Assembly (NCBI GenBank): GCA_020184695.1 | Contig: JAANOX010000004.1 | Span: 124,001-188,000 of the forward strand | DNA length: 64,000 bases | Source: Histomonas meleagridis 2922-C6/04-290x | Lineage: Eukaryota > Protista > Parabasalia | Direction: 5' to 3' | In this document: positions 10,314 through 20,354 of the stretch, piece by piece | Position numbering within the stretch: position 1 is the stretch's first letter | How the letters are laid out: each line of letters opens with the position of its first letter | Made by a program: the position numbers and the translations under genes | Notes under the pieces: generated by a model | What the model was told of the DNA's origin: nothing | Database searches by the model: none | What the model saw: the letters and a program-made list of their open reading frames with translations, nothing else

Positions 10314-11578
10314 TCATTTATAATCAGGTTCAGTGTATTGGTAAGTTATGTTTGAGAATGTATCTACTTCCGACACTAATCCGCTGTTTAAGCTCTCATA
10401 CTTATTATATTTCATTAATCTGTAGCAATAAATTCCTAAAATAACAGACAATACAACAACTACTACATGCAGTTAGAATACCGATGACAGCACCTGGTGA
10501 TAATTTAAATGGGTCTTTTTCATGTAATCTTTTAACCTGAATTACCAATCGATCGAATATTATTTGGTAAAATTAATTCTTTTAATTTCATACAATTATA
10601 AAATGCACTTTTACCAATAGTTTCTATTGTACCACTTAATTTAATATTCATTAAATTATAACAATTTTTAAATGAAGATTTACCTATTGATATAACTGAC
10701 TTACCTATTTAATTAAATTAGTACAATTTTCAAATGCATTATTTCCAATAGTTTTAACTGAGTCAGGAAGTACAATTTCTTTTGATTGTGTACATGATTG
10801 AAATGCATAATCACCAATTGTTTCTAATGTTTTACAATTAATTCGTATTGTTATTAAATTATTACAGTTTTGTATTGCATATGCACCAATCGATTTAATC
10901 GAAGCAGAAATTATTAAATATGATAAATCAAAACAATTTTGTAACATATTATTACTTATCATTTCAAGTGAATTGGGTATAGAAATAAATACTAAATTCG
11001 GACAATTGTCAATAAATAAATATCATCTTTAACATCAATTCCTTCTTGCTCAAGAAGCAATTTTACTGTATCTATATGGCCATTTAAACATGCCCAAAGA
11101 AATGCCTTATTAAATATTTTTAATAATTTCCGAATATTGTAATTACAAAATGAAAATTCTTCAATAGTTTTAATTGTATTTGGTAAACTAATTCTTTTTA
11201 CATTTAATAAATTACAAAACGCATATTTACCAATGAATGTAATCGAATTACCTAATGTTATACTTTGTACACTTTCACAATAAGCAAATGTATATTGTTT
11301 AATTTCTGTAACTGAATCAGGTAATGATATTTCACCCAAAGAATTACATTTACAAAATGCATATTCACCAATTTCTTTAACATTATCCTTAAATATAATT
11401 TCACGTATTTTTGTACATTCATAAAACGCTTCATTAGCTATCGATGTAACTGAAGTTGGTACTGTATATGAACCACTTTTACCTGGTGGGAAATATAAAA
11501 TTTTATTAATGTTCTTATCATATATAATTCCATCATCATTATAATTACTATAATATTGATTATTCGCTGATACTTGAT
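10314..11578 (-). pseudogene. BspA-like LRR surface protein pseudogene with TM and cytosolic tail
   Basis: Repeats such as IGEYAFCKCNSLGEISLPDSV and IGDYAFQSCTQ spread over several frames with stops; TM VVVVVLSVILGIYCY near 10450; no intact start. Confidence 0.8.
11014..11137 (-). repeat. Single orphan ankyrin module embedded in the BspA pseudogene
   Basis: KAFLWACLNGHIDTVKLLLEQEGIDVKDD flanked by ATATTCGGAAATTATTAAAAATATTT and GATATTTATTT, homologous to the spacer ends of the 8282-9304 array. Confidence 0.8.
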
Positions 11579-11641
11579 GTTTTCATTATGTACAATGTAA
11601 GAAATTACTACAAACATGTTTACTGTAAAAAAATTGTAAAG

Positions 11642-12928
11642 TTATTTGGACTCAGATTCGCTCGTTTCAAAATTACTTAAAATTCTTCGAGCATTTTCTC
11701 CAATTATTTCGTTATCATTTTCTTCCAAGTAAACTAATGCATCGTGAAATTCATTTGCCATATATCCAACATCAGACAAAAAATCCATAACAAAAATCAA
11801 ATGTTTTGACTTTGTCAAATACAAAGACTCGACCATAATTTCAAATGCTGCGTTACATATTTCATTATTTACGTCAATATTATTAACTTTAATAATCAAA
11901 ACTAAAGTTATAACAATTTCTATTTTATCCGGAAATTTCGCGTTTTCATAAACTTCAATTAACACTGGAATAGCGTCGACAAAATGTTCAGCAAATTCTA
12001 TTCCATAACCCAAAATATTACAAATTAACAGACAAATATATTTTGGTGAAACACTTCTTAAAAGTTCAATTAAAACAGATGAATATTGAAGTAAATGATA
12101 TGAAACATCTCGAGAATTCTTTGTAGCAAAGCCAAGAACATATAATGCGTCAGTAACAGATTCTGTTTCCATAAATGTCATCAGATGCGATACATCGAAA
12201 CAATTACAAATTCCATTTTCACACATTGTCGCAAGTGCCGAAAAACAATATTGTGAAATCTCGCGATTATTAGAATCAAATGGAAGGTCATTAATCAGCT
12301 TTTGTGAAATCGGAAGAAATGGATTACATTGAATAATGGAAAGTGATACATCTGCTGCTGTAAGTTGGATTTCGATATTTGGTGAATGAAGTTGTTGTAA
12401 TAAAAAACTATAAAATTGTTCCGCCGGATACATTTGTTGTGATGGCGAAAATAGGAATTGATTAAGTGACGGAATACAATATAATAACGACTGAATTGAG
12501 CGTATGTCTTTGAACCTGTCAAGTAGAAAAGGATAAATCATTGGAAATGTGATATCTTTTCCATTGACGGAGATCGATGTGGTTAATATCAAATTGATTA
12601 ATTCGATGGATATCGATAACAAAAATGTGGATATGACATAAAGTGATGCTGATGAATGGATATCATTTGATGAAACTAATAAATTTAACAATGTTCGAAT
12701 AAAATTAGTATCAATTAAATCTTCGATAATGCGAATGTTCGTTGAGTCAATAAAATATGGCATGTCGAGTATCGCTTCTTCAATCAGATTATTTACATTA
12801 ATTATATAATCAATGAACGCAACTCGAATTAGATTTCTTTCATCTTTTTTGTCTGGATCATTCTGAAATATTTGTTGTAGTAAAAGTTCTCGCTTTGGCT
12901 TTTTGGATTTTTTGTAATTAAAAATCAT
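11642..12928 (-). CDS. Armadillo/HEAT-type helical repeat protein
   Basis: 428-aa ORF; amphipathic helical repeats (IQLTAADVSLSII, ISQYCFSALATMC, KIEIVITLVLII) reminiscent of importin-alpha-like folds. Confidence 0.55.
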   Translation of the reverse strand: MIFNYKKSKKPKRELLLQQIFQNDPDKKDERNLIRVAFIDYIINVNNLIEEAILDMPYFIDSTNIRIIEDLIDTNFIRTLLNLLVSSNDIHSSASLYVISTFLLSISIELINLILTTSISVNGKDITFPMIYPFLLDRFKDIRSIQSLLYCIPSLNQFLFSPSQQMYPAEQFYSFLLQQLHSPNIEIQLTAADVSLSIIQCNPFLPISQKLINDLPFDSNNREISQYCFSALATMCENGICNCFDVSHLMTFMETESVTDALYVLGFATKNSRDVSYHLLQYSSVLIELLRSVSPKYICLLICNILGYGIEFAEHFVDAIPVLIEVYENAKFPDKIEIVITLVLIIKVNNIDVNNEICNAAFEIMVESLYLTKSKHLIFVMDFLSDVGYMANEFHDALVYLEENDNEIIGENARRILSNFETSESESK

Positions 12929-12968
12929 AAATTTATAAACGGTCGTTTACTAAAAAGTGTCACACACA

Positions 12969-13928
12969 ATGAATATTAACCTTTCGCTTTGGAAAGTTCC
13001 TGATAACTTTAAGTCAAAATATGATTTCCCTGAACTAGTAATACTTTCAAATATTCTTAAAGATGAAAAGGAAATGATTCATAAAACAGATGAATCACTT
13101 TCTGTAATTGAAAAATCTTATAAAAAACTTTCAGGTACACTCTTAACAATACAACCACACTCATTTAAGTATATCGAAAATCTACATGAAGCAAATATAT
13201 ATAAACAGTTTGTTATTTCCCATAATGATCTTGCCAAAAAATACTCAAATTTTGCAACTAAACTTAGTATTTTAAAGAACAGGAAAATGTCTACCTTAAA
13301 GGAAACATATAAATCAAAAGCAAAAGTATTTTCTGCTGAAATATCTAAGATGAAAAATATATTATCAGAATCTTTTGAGGCACTTGTTAACATAAGAAAT
13401 TCTTTAGATAAATATACCAAGGAACTTCAAAGACTTATCACAAGCAGAAAGCTTACAACACAAGAAAGTCAACAAATACCAAAATTTATTAACGCAATTA
13501 ATGGGAAAATTGTCAACATCGACAACGCATATACGAATTATCGATTAAAGTTTATTGAATATTGTAAATATAGAGAACATTTATTTTCACAAATTGATAT
13601 CTTCCTTAAAGAATCTAATTCTGAGTTGCAAAACATCTTAAATGAGGCGACAGAGATTGATAAAGAGCTTTTTGATGCCAAAGAAAAGGAACAAGTAAAA
13701 GAATTATTGATTATAAATCATGATCTTTTCAAAGAGGAACTACCAACCGAAAAAAAGAATTTCAGAGTTACGGTTGAAATGACTCTTATGGTAGAAGGTG
13801 GTCAAACACTCACATCAGATAACATATATACTGTTATTGAAGCCAAAGGAGATAATTGGAAAATTAAAAGCATTGAAAACGAGGTATTTGTAGTTCCTTC
13901 CGAATATTTAGTTCCAATCTTGACATGA
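12969..13928 (+). CDS. BAR/F-BAR-like coiled-coil protein with C-terminal SH3-like domain
   Basis: Helical N-terminal ~240 aa; C-terminus YTVIEAKGDNWKIKSIENEVFVVPSEYLVPI fits SH3 (W, VPxxY); ATG at 12969. Confidence 0.55.
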   Translation: MNINLSLWKVPDNFKSKYDFPELVILSNILKDEKEMIHKTDESLSVIEKSYKKLSGTLLTIQPHSFKYIENLHEANIYKQFVISHNDLAKKYSNFATKLSILKNRKMSTLKETYKSKAKVFSAEISKMKNILSESFEALVNIRNSLDKYTKELQRLITSRKLTTQESQQIPKFINAINGKIVNIDNAYTNYRLKFIEYCKYREHLFSQIDIFLKESNSELQNILNEATEIDKELFDAKEKEQVKELLIINHDLFKEELPTEKKNFRVTVEMTLMVEGGQTLTSDNIYTVIEAKGDNWKIKSIENEVFVVPSEYLVPILT

Positions 13929-13957
13929 AACAATTGTAATAAACAATAAAAATATTA

Positions 13958-16045
13958 ATGACATGTGATGCGAAAATGTTCGTTAATTCGAATCAAGCTT
14001 TAATGAAACCAAATTTTCAAAGATTTGTCCAAGAAGGACATCTTATAAATTTTAGTTTCGAAAGCGAGCCAATTCGAAGTGTATTTGATGAAATTCTTTC
14101 ATTATTGTCAAAACAAGATTCTCGATTAAATGCAATTGAAGCACAACTTTCAACATTTGCATGTAAAACAGATTTAGAAAATATGAAAAAAGAAAGTGAA
14201 AAAGCAAAAGAAGAAATTAATGCAAAAATATCAGATTTTCAATCAAGTAACAATAAAAGGATTGATGACTTACAAGAATGGGCAGAAAATGCGAACAGTG
14301 CTGTTTTAGTTGATGTTAGACAATATTTAAATCGAGAACTTCAAGATGTCATTCAAAACTCCGGAAATCTTAACAATTATTCATATCAACCTGTTCCAAA
14401 TGAATCCAGTGAACACTTTGGGAAAGTACAAAGTGCAATTGATAATACAATATCTGAATTACAAATTCTTAAAAAATCATTAAACACAAAAGTTCCAACC
14501 TCTGAATTTAATCAACATAATACCGGTCTTTATTTTATGATTGAAGACTGTAATTCCACCATTGAAAACCTTAAAGGTGAACTTCAATCAGCCGAAAGTC
14601 GAATCACAAATCTTGAAACACAAACACAAGAAACACCTCGAAAAGTCGAAATACATATTCCAACGCCACAGCCATCGCCACCAGTTCAAACACGGGAAGT
14701 TCCAATCGAAAAGAAACCTAAACCAATGAATATATTTAATGACCATATCAAAGAAAACAATTCGCGAAACATAACATATTTCTCATCTCAAAACGAAGAC
14801 ATTTCATCCATTGAGAAACAAATCCGAAGTATTACAGAGACTGCTAATTTCTTTAAACAATCGATTGATATTATCCATAACAAATTAAAAGAAATCGATG
14901 ACAAAAACTCGAAAACATTTAATCAACAAAACTTAAAATTTAATCAAATTCAAGAAGAAATTGATTCATTAAAATCGAAATTCAAACGATTAAATGAACA
15001 ATTCATTCGACATCATACATCAGATTATTCCAAAGTTTTAAATGAAATTAATAACAAAATTGATAAACTTGAAAAGGTTACAAATGAATTAAGTAATACA
15101 CCAACTAAAACAATGAATAGAGTAATGTATCCTAATATTAAATATGTTGATAGAGTACTTCCACCATTACATACTAATGACGAACAAATAACGAAAATCA
15201 TTTCTAATAATAATAATGATTCTAATGAACAATTTGGTCTTTTAGATAATAGTGATATATCTACTTCGAATACATCTGATAATTTATCGGAAACTTCTTC
15301 AAGTATTTTACTTTCTTCTCGATCGAATAATACTGAGAACAATGAACTGAATGAAAATGAAAATTTGGATCTAAAAAATGATAAAAAGAAATCCAAGAAA
15401 AGTAAAAACCAAATAAAAACAGACGTAAAATTAAAAATTATTCGACATGCAAATAATAATAGTAGACCTTCAACAGCAACAACTTCATTAATTATTACGC
15501 AAGATGAAATTGATCAAAAAGTTGATACTTCAATTACAAATTCATTAAATGGATTTTTAGATAGAATTAAAATCGAAGTACAAAAAGAAATTAAAAACGG
15601 ATTAAAAACAATTGATACTGTTATAACTAAAATAGATCAAAAAATTGATCGCGATTTTGTCGAAAGAATGTTTAATAAGTTTAGAGTAGTAATCGGAGAA
15701 TTAAATGAAAAAATTGAACAAATTCAAACAACATTTCTCGGATGGGTAACAAGAGATGAGTTACAAGAAGCGTTGCAATTATTCGCAGAGCAAATGAAAG
15801 AAGTAAAAGATACCGCAGTGGGTTCAAGTAAATATCGATGTTTACTCTGCGGTAAGCCGAGAACTCACGTGTCGGGAATGATAATTAATGGGAACTCGGA
15901 TGATGATGAAGATGAAATTGATAAACCACAAAATAACTCCGCAATAAAAAATAATACAAAGCTTCCTTCGAATTTTAAGGTTGCGAAAAGAGGCGATACA
16001 ACTGTTGTACCGAGAAATGTGGTGCAGTTTCTTACTGGTAAATAA
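13958..16045 (+). CDS. Coiled-coil protein with QRICH2/DUF4795-like C-terminus
   Basis: 695-aa ORF; KIDQKIDRDFVE...DTAVGSSKYRCLLCGKP resembles the DUF4795 end with CxxC. Confidence 0.5.
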   Translation: MTCDAKMFVNSNQALMKPNFQRFVQEGHLINFSFESEPIRSVFDEILSLLSKQDSRLNAIEAQLSTFACKTDLENMKKESEKAKEEINAKISDFQSSNNKRIDDLQEWAENANSAVLVDVRQYLNRELQDVIQNSGNLNNYSYQPVPNESSEHFGKVQSAIDNTISELQILKKSLNTKVPTSEFNQHNTGLYFMIEDCNSTIENLKGELQSAESRITNLETQTQETPRKVEIHIPTPQPSPPVQTREVPIEKKPKPMNIFNDHIKENNSRNITYFSSQNEDISSIEKQIRSITETANFFKQSIDIIHNKLKEIDDKNSKTFNQQNLKFNQIQEEIDSLKSKFKRLNEQFIRHHTSDYSKVLNEINNKIDKLEKVTNELSNTPTKTMNRVMYPNIKYVDRVLPPLHTNDEQITKIISNNNNDSNEQFGLLDNSDISTSNTSDNLSETSSSILLSSRSNNTENNELNENENLDLKNDKKKSKKSKNQIKTDVKLKIIRHANNNSRPSTATTSLIITQDEIDQKVDTSITNSLNGFLDRIKIEVQKEIKNGLKTIDTVITKIDQKIDRDFVERMFNKFRVVIGELNEKIEQIQTTFLGWVTRDELQEALQLFAEQMKEVKDTAVGSSKYRCLLCGKPRTHVSGMIINGNSDDDEDEIDKPQNNSAIKNNTKLPSNFKVAKRGDTTVVPRNVVQFLTGK

Positions 16046-16343
16046 ATATATTGTTATTGTGAAAATACTTCTTTTATTTTTTTGCAATTGCTGTTATTTT
16101 TTGTGCCGACAAAGTGGTAATGGATATTGAATCAAATTTGATATTATTTATTTATTTAATTGCAAGCTAAATTCTACTGATTGTAATGAATATTAATTTC
16201 ATAATGAAAATAAAGTAAATAATTTTCAAACTATTGTATATTAGTAATATTATTTTTTAACAGAAATAGAAAACAAAAAAGAAAAATCAAGTAAATGTAC
16301 TGACAAAATTCATAAGTATTTACAATTAGCTTTAAAAAAGTTT

Positions 16344-18101
16344 TTATTTAAGAATGCCAAAAAACTCTATATTTGCAATTACAAGCGTATTATATCCGAT
16401 ATGGTTTGGCCCTGTGCTCTTTATTCTAATGTATCTATATTCTTTACTTCTATTACATTTAAACGTCTTCCATTTTCCTGGTCCATTTAAGTCATTACAA
16501 TTCTTTTCCGAGTGTATTGTTTCCCAAGAGTTATTATCTGGATTATTACATCCTTCAAGTACCCATGACTTAAGATGATCTTTATTTGCTTGGAATGGAT
16601 ATGTCTTAATTGTATACCCACTCACTTGTATTGTTTTCTCTTTAAAGTCAAACCTTACCCAAGAGTTTGGTTCATTTCGTGATGACCAATACCATGGGCC
16701 GCCGAAATCAACAATTGTTTCAGGACCTTGTCCCATTGTTGTTGATGCTGTTATGTTAACAATACCTTCTGTATGAATGTTACCACCACATTGTTGTGTT
16801 AAATAATATAAAATTCCACTAAAAGGCACATTTTCTGATGTTGGTTCTTTCGTAATGCTTCCAACAGCTATGGGGTGCCCCATCGATGGTGCTTGGTTTG
16901 GCAAAACCGTCGATTGATGTCTATTCAAAAATTCAATGCTTCGACTTGTTGGAATCGCCTTAGGATCTTTGGGCTGCTGAACAAGGAATGTAATGGCACG
17001 GCGATCGACTCTTGGAGTCTCGGGCTTTTTCTCTTTGCTTCCAAAGAAGAAGCTTCTTCTTACTGATGTTGTTTTCTTTGGTTCTTGTTTCTTATCGGGT
17101 GGACGTGCACCAGAACTCGTTATTGAATTGATCATTGTAGATACAGTTTGATACATGTCATCAAGCTCATTACATTTCGCAGTAAGTGAATCTATGAGAC
17201 TTTGGTTTTGGGTTAACTGATCTGTAAATGCTGAAAGTTGTTTGGAAACTTGACTCTGTTCTTCGTCTGGTTTTGACTTCGTTGATTCATTAATGAGCTC
17301 TTTGAGTTTGTTAATACGTTTCTTATTGAGGCTATCGTTTTCAGCTTGTGATTGTTCAAGATCAGAAATTTTCTTACGAAATTCTATGATACTTTGATTT
17401 TGTTGTGCGAATGTATTGAGGAATGAGTCGATTTGGTTGTATAATGACTCCATTGGAATTGAGTTCATAGATTTTGTTAATGATTTGAGACTTTCGAGTT
17501 CGTCCTCTGTAAGTGATTGAGGGTCAAGATAACCAAAGAGACTTGTTTCTGTTGGACGGTGTGTGTTAACAACACTTGAAATAAAAATAAATAATTGATG
17601 TTGATCAATTTGTGATATATCTGATTGAGTGAAAATTTGTTCAATAGATTTCATAGGCAAATTTATAAACGAATCTAAAGTTATAAATTTTTGAAGATCT
17701 TTTGCAATAATTTTCTCAATGTCATTTTGATTATTTGAATTAGATTTTATAGCAAAAGAATATTGTGAAACCAAAATTTCGGGTTCGAAAGAAATGGAAA
17801 TGAACCTCTCAACTTCGCTTTTTATAACTTCAGTATCCCATTCATTACATAAATATAATATGTCAAATGTGTTATCTGTAGTTAATTGATAATATTGAGA
17901 TTGGCAAGCATTAATAAAAATTTCAAAGCTTTCTTTTGCAATAAAATCTATAGTAGCATCGAGAGAATCTGAATAAATAAATTGAGGAAGTTTTCTAAAT
18001 TTTTTTGAATACAACCCAAAAAGGCAACGTGAGATAGGTAACTTGGTGTCTTTAAAAACAAGTGTGTAATCCTTTTCGATGGATGGATGAGATATCGCCA
18101 T
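16344..18101 (-). CDS. BTB/BACK-like + coiled-coil + F5/8 type C (discoidin) domain protein
   Basis: N-terminal LPISRCLFGLYSKKF...FEIFINACQ; C-terminal FSGILYYL...WVRFDFKEKTIQVSGYTIKT...HLKSWVLEG...YRYIRIKSTGPN...IEFFG; an expanded parabasalid family. Confidence 0.8.
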   Translation of the reverse strand: MAISHPSIEKDYTLVFKDTKLPISRCLFGLYSKKFRKLPQFIYSDSLDATIDFIAKESFEIFINACQSQYYQLTTDNTFDILYLCNEWDTEVIKSEVERFISISFEPEILVSQYSFAIKSNSNNQNDIEKIIAKDLQKFITLDSFINLPMKSIEQIFTQSDISQIDQHQLFIFISSVVNTHRPTETSLFGYLDPQSLTEDELESLKSLTKSMNSIPMESLYNQIDSFLNTFAQQNQSIIEFRKKISDLEQSQAENDSLNKKRINKLKELINESTKSKPDEEQSQVSKQLSAFTDQLTQNQSLIDSLTAKCNELDDMYQTVSTMINSITSSGARPPDKKQEPKKTTSVRRSFFFGSKEKKPETPRVDRRAITFLVQQPKDPKAIPTSRSIEFLNRHQSTVLPNQAPSMGHPIAVGSITKEPTSENVPFSGILYYLTQQCGGNIHTEGIVNITASTTMGQGPETIVDFGGPWYWSSRNEPNSWVRFDFKEKTIQVSGYTIKTYPFQANKDHLKSWVLEGCNNPDNNSWETIHSEKNCNDLNGPGKWKTFKCNRSKEYRYIRIKSTGPNHIGYNTLVIANIEFFGILK

Positions 18102-18496
18102 TCGAAAAAAGTCTTTGGCTTATCGTCATTAAAATGACTTTTTGATATGTTTACTTACTATGAAAACTGTTTTCTTCAAAGTAACAGTTTTTTAAAACGG
18201 ATACAAGGAAATTGGTTATCGGAACTTTCTCATCCCTTAATATCTTAACTAGTGACACCTGCCTTAGGAGCTCAACGGCATTCCTTTCAGCCAAAGTTGA
18301 ATGTTTTTGATTTGAATGGTCCTATCAAATTATCAATTTACCAACATATTCTTTGGTGAATCTTTACAACATTTTGTTTGCAGGACTTTTATTAAGGACG
18401 TGGTGATTAATCATATATGATATATTCATTTGCTTTTAAAGATATTTTGCTTCATTTAAACTTATTGTTTTGTCACTTTTTTGCTGAATTTTTGTT

Positions 18497-19099
18497 ATGG
18501 AAGAACAAATAAAAATTCATTTTTTAGGTGATTCTCCTGTAGGAAAGACAACGATTGTTCAGCTAGCTTTCGAAAAGAAGAATGAAATAGAAACAATTCC
18601 AACAGCAGGATTCGCATTTACTTCAAAAAAAATGAAAATCAAAGAAAAACAATATAGTATCTTACTTTGGGAAATCCATGGAGGTAATATGTTTTTACCA
18701 GTGCTACCAATGTATCTTAAGGATACAAATATTGTTGTTTTTATTTATGATTACACTAATGAACAAACTTTTAATGATCTCGATTTATATATTAACAAAG
18801 CACAATCAGTGGACCCAGACTCTAAGCTTACAAAAGTTTTGATTTCAAATGAATTACATCAATCTCCGAGGAAAGTGTCACGAGAAGAGGGAATAAAAAA
18901 GGCTAAGGAAATAGGAGCAATGTTTACTGAAGTTAGCTGCATCACAAGAAGTGGTATGGACGATCTTTTTGAAAATATTGTTGAATACCATTTATCAAAT
19001 AATGGTCAAACAACTAAAACCCCCGATAAACCACAGGACAAACCAAACAATTTGGGCGCTAGTGTCAAAAGAAGAGAAGAAGTATGCTTTATTCAATGA
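18497..19099 (+). CDS. Atypical Rab-like small GTPase with CaaX (CFIQ) end
   Basis: GDSPVGKT P-loop intact; G3 WEIHGG, G4 SNELH and G5 EVSC are degenerate; YLKDTNIVVFIYD fits the Rab fold. Confidence 0.75.
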   Translation: MEEQIKIHFLGDSPVGKTTIVQLAFEKKNEIETIPTAGFAFTSKKMKIKEKQYSILLWEIHGGNMFLPVLPMYLKDTNIVVFIYDYTNEQTFNDLDLYINKAQSVDPDSKLTKVLISNELHQSPRKVSREEGIKKAKEIGAMFTEVSCITRSGMDDLFENIVEYHLSNNGQTTKTPDKPQDKPNNLGASVKRREEVCFIQ

Positions 19100-19444
19100 A
19101 TTTGAATTATGGCATAAAATCTCAATGGAGGTTTAAATAACAAAATCAACTTATAATTAAATAAATAGTTGGGATAGTATTTGTGGTTATAAAAGTAGTG
19201 TATTGATAAATATATATCAAAAAATTTAAATTTCTAATTTATTTTTCAAATACTTTATCTAAGCACTTTGAATGATTTTTAAATGAGGCTAATCTTACCA
19301 TGTTGTATGATCTTTTGGATTTATTATTTTCAGCCTACTTACAAAAACAGCAAAAAAAAATGAGGTGATATTGAACAATTTATATCGTAAAGTATTCAAC
19401 TCAAAACAGTTTTTTATTTTTGCCACTTTTCCTCCAAGATTTAG

Positions 19445-20026
19445 TTGGAAAAGCAAATAAATAATATCTTTTAGGTGATTCTCCTGTTGTAAAAACAACG
19501 ATTATTCAATTGGCTTTCGAAAAGGTGGGAAAAGTAAAAACAATTCCAACAATAATATGCGACATTCTTAACAAAGAAATGAAAATCAATGAAAAAGAAT
19601 ATAATGGTTTGTGAAATGCAAGGCAGTGATAGATATTTATCAATTCCGTTAAACTTTTCTGGGTCATTTATTGTTGTATATATTTATAATTGTAATAATG
19701 TACAGACTTTTAATGAAATTGATTTAATTTTTGACAAAGTACAACCAAAGCTTTCGGAAATTAAATGCACATAAGTTCTGGTTTCAAATGAATTAAATAC
19801 ACCTCCCTGAGAAATATCACAAGAAGAGGGAAAGAAGAAAGCTGGAGAAATGGAAGCAAAGTTTATTGAAGTTAGCTGCGTCACAGGAAGTGGCATGGAT
19901 GATCTTTTCGAAAACATTATTAGATATCATTTAACAAATAATGCTCAAAATGCAAAAATGCATGATAACTCTATCGATCAGAATGATTCCAATAATAATA
20001 AAAAAGAGACATGTTTTATTCAATAA
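19445..20026 (+). pseudogene. Tandem pseudogene copy of the atypical Rab
   Basis: Collinear with 18497..19099 (LGDSPVVKTT, SNELN, EVSCVTGSGMDDLFENII, ETCFIQ-stop); no ATG, at least one frameshift and in-frame stops. Confidence 0.85.
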
Positions 20027-20354
20027 TAGATTATGCATTAGTATTTTATTGTAAGAATTTAAAATTTTAAGTAATAAAAGTTTAGCTTATAAAAAATTAT
20101 TGATTTCATGAGTTTCTTCTTTGTTTATATATATATATATTGGGAATTTTAAATTGTAATGATTTTTGTAACACAGCATTATTTAGATGTATATTAAAAA
20201 TTAATTGGGTATACGTATAATAATAATTAAAATACAAAATCAAACAAATGATTACTTTTGCACATGTGATTACGCAATGAATTGTTAAAATATTTAATGT
20301 TTTTGCTGGTTTCAATAATATTCCTAAAAAAATCGTTCGAACTTTATTTACTCA

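Noticed and set aside
18130-18430. Slightly GC-richer intergenic stretch as possible snoRNA/ncRNA or relic ORF
   Set aside because: No convincing C/D, H/ACA or snRNA motifs; a short ATG-less frame on the minus strand has no recognisable similarity.
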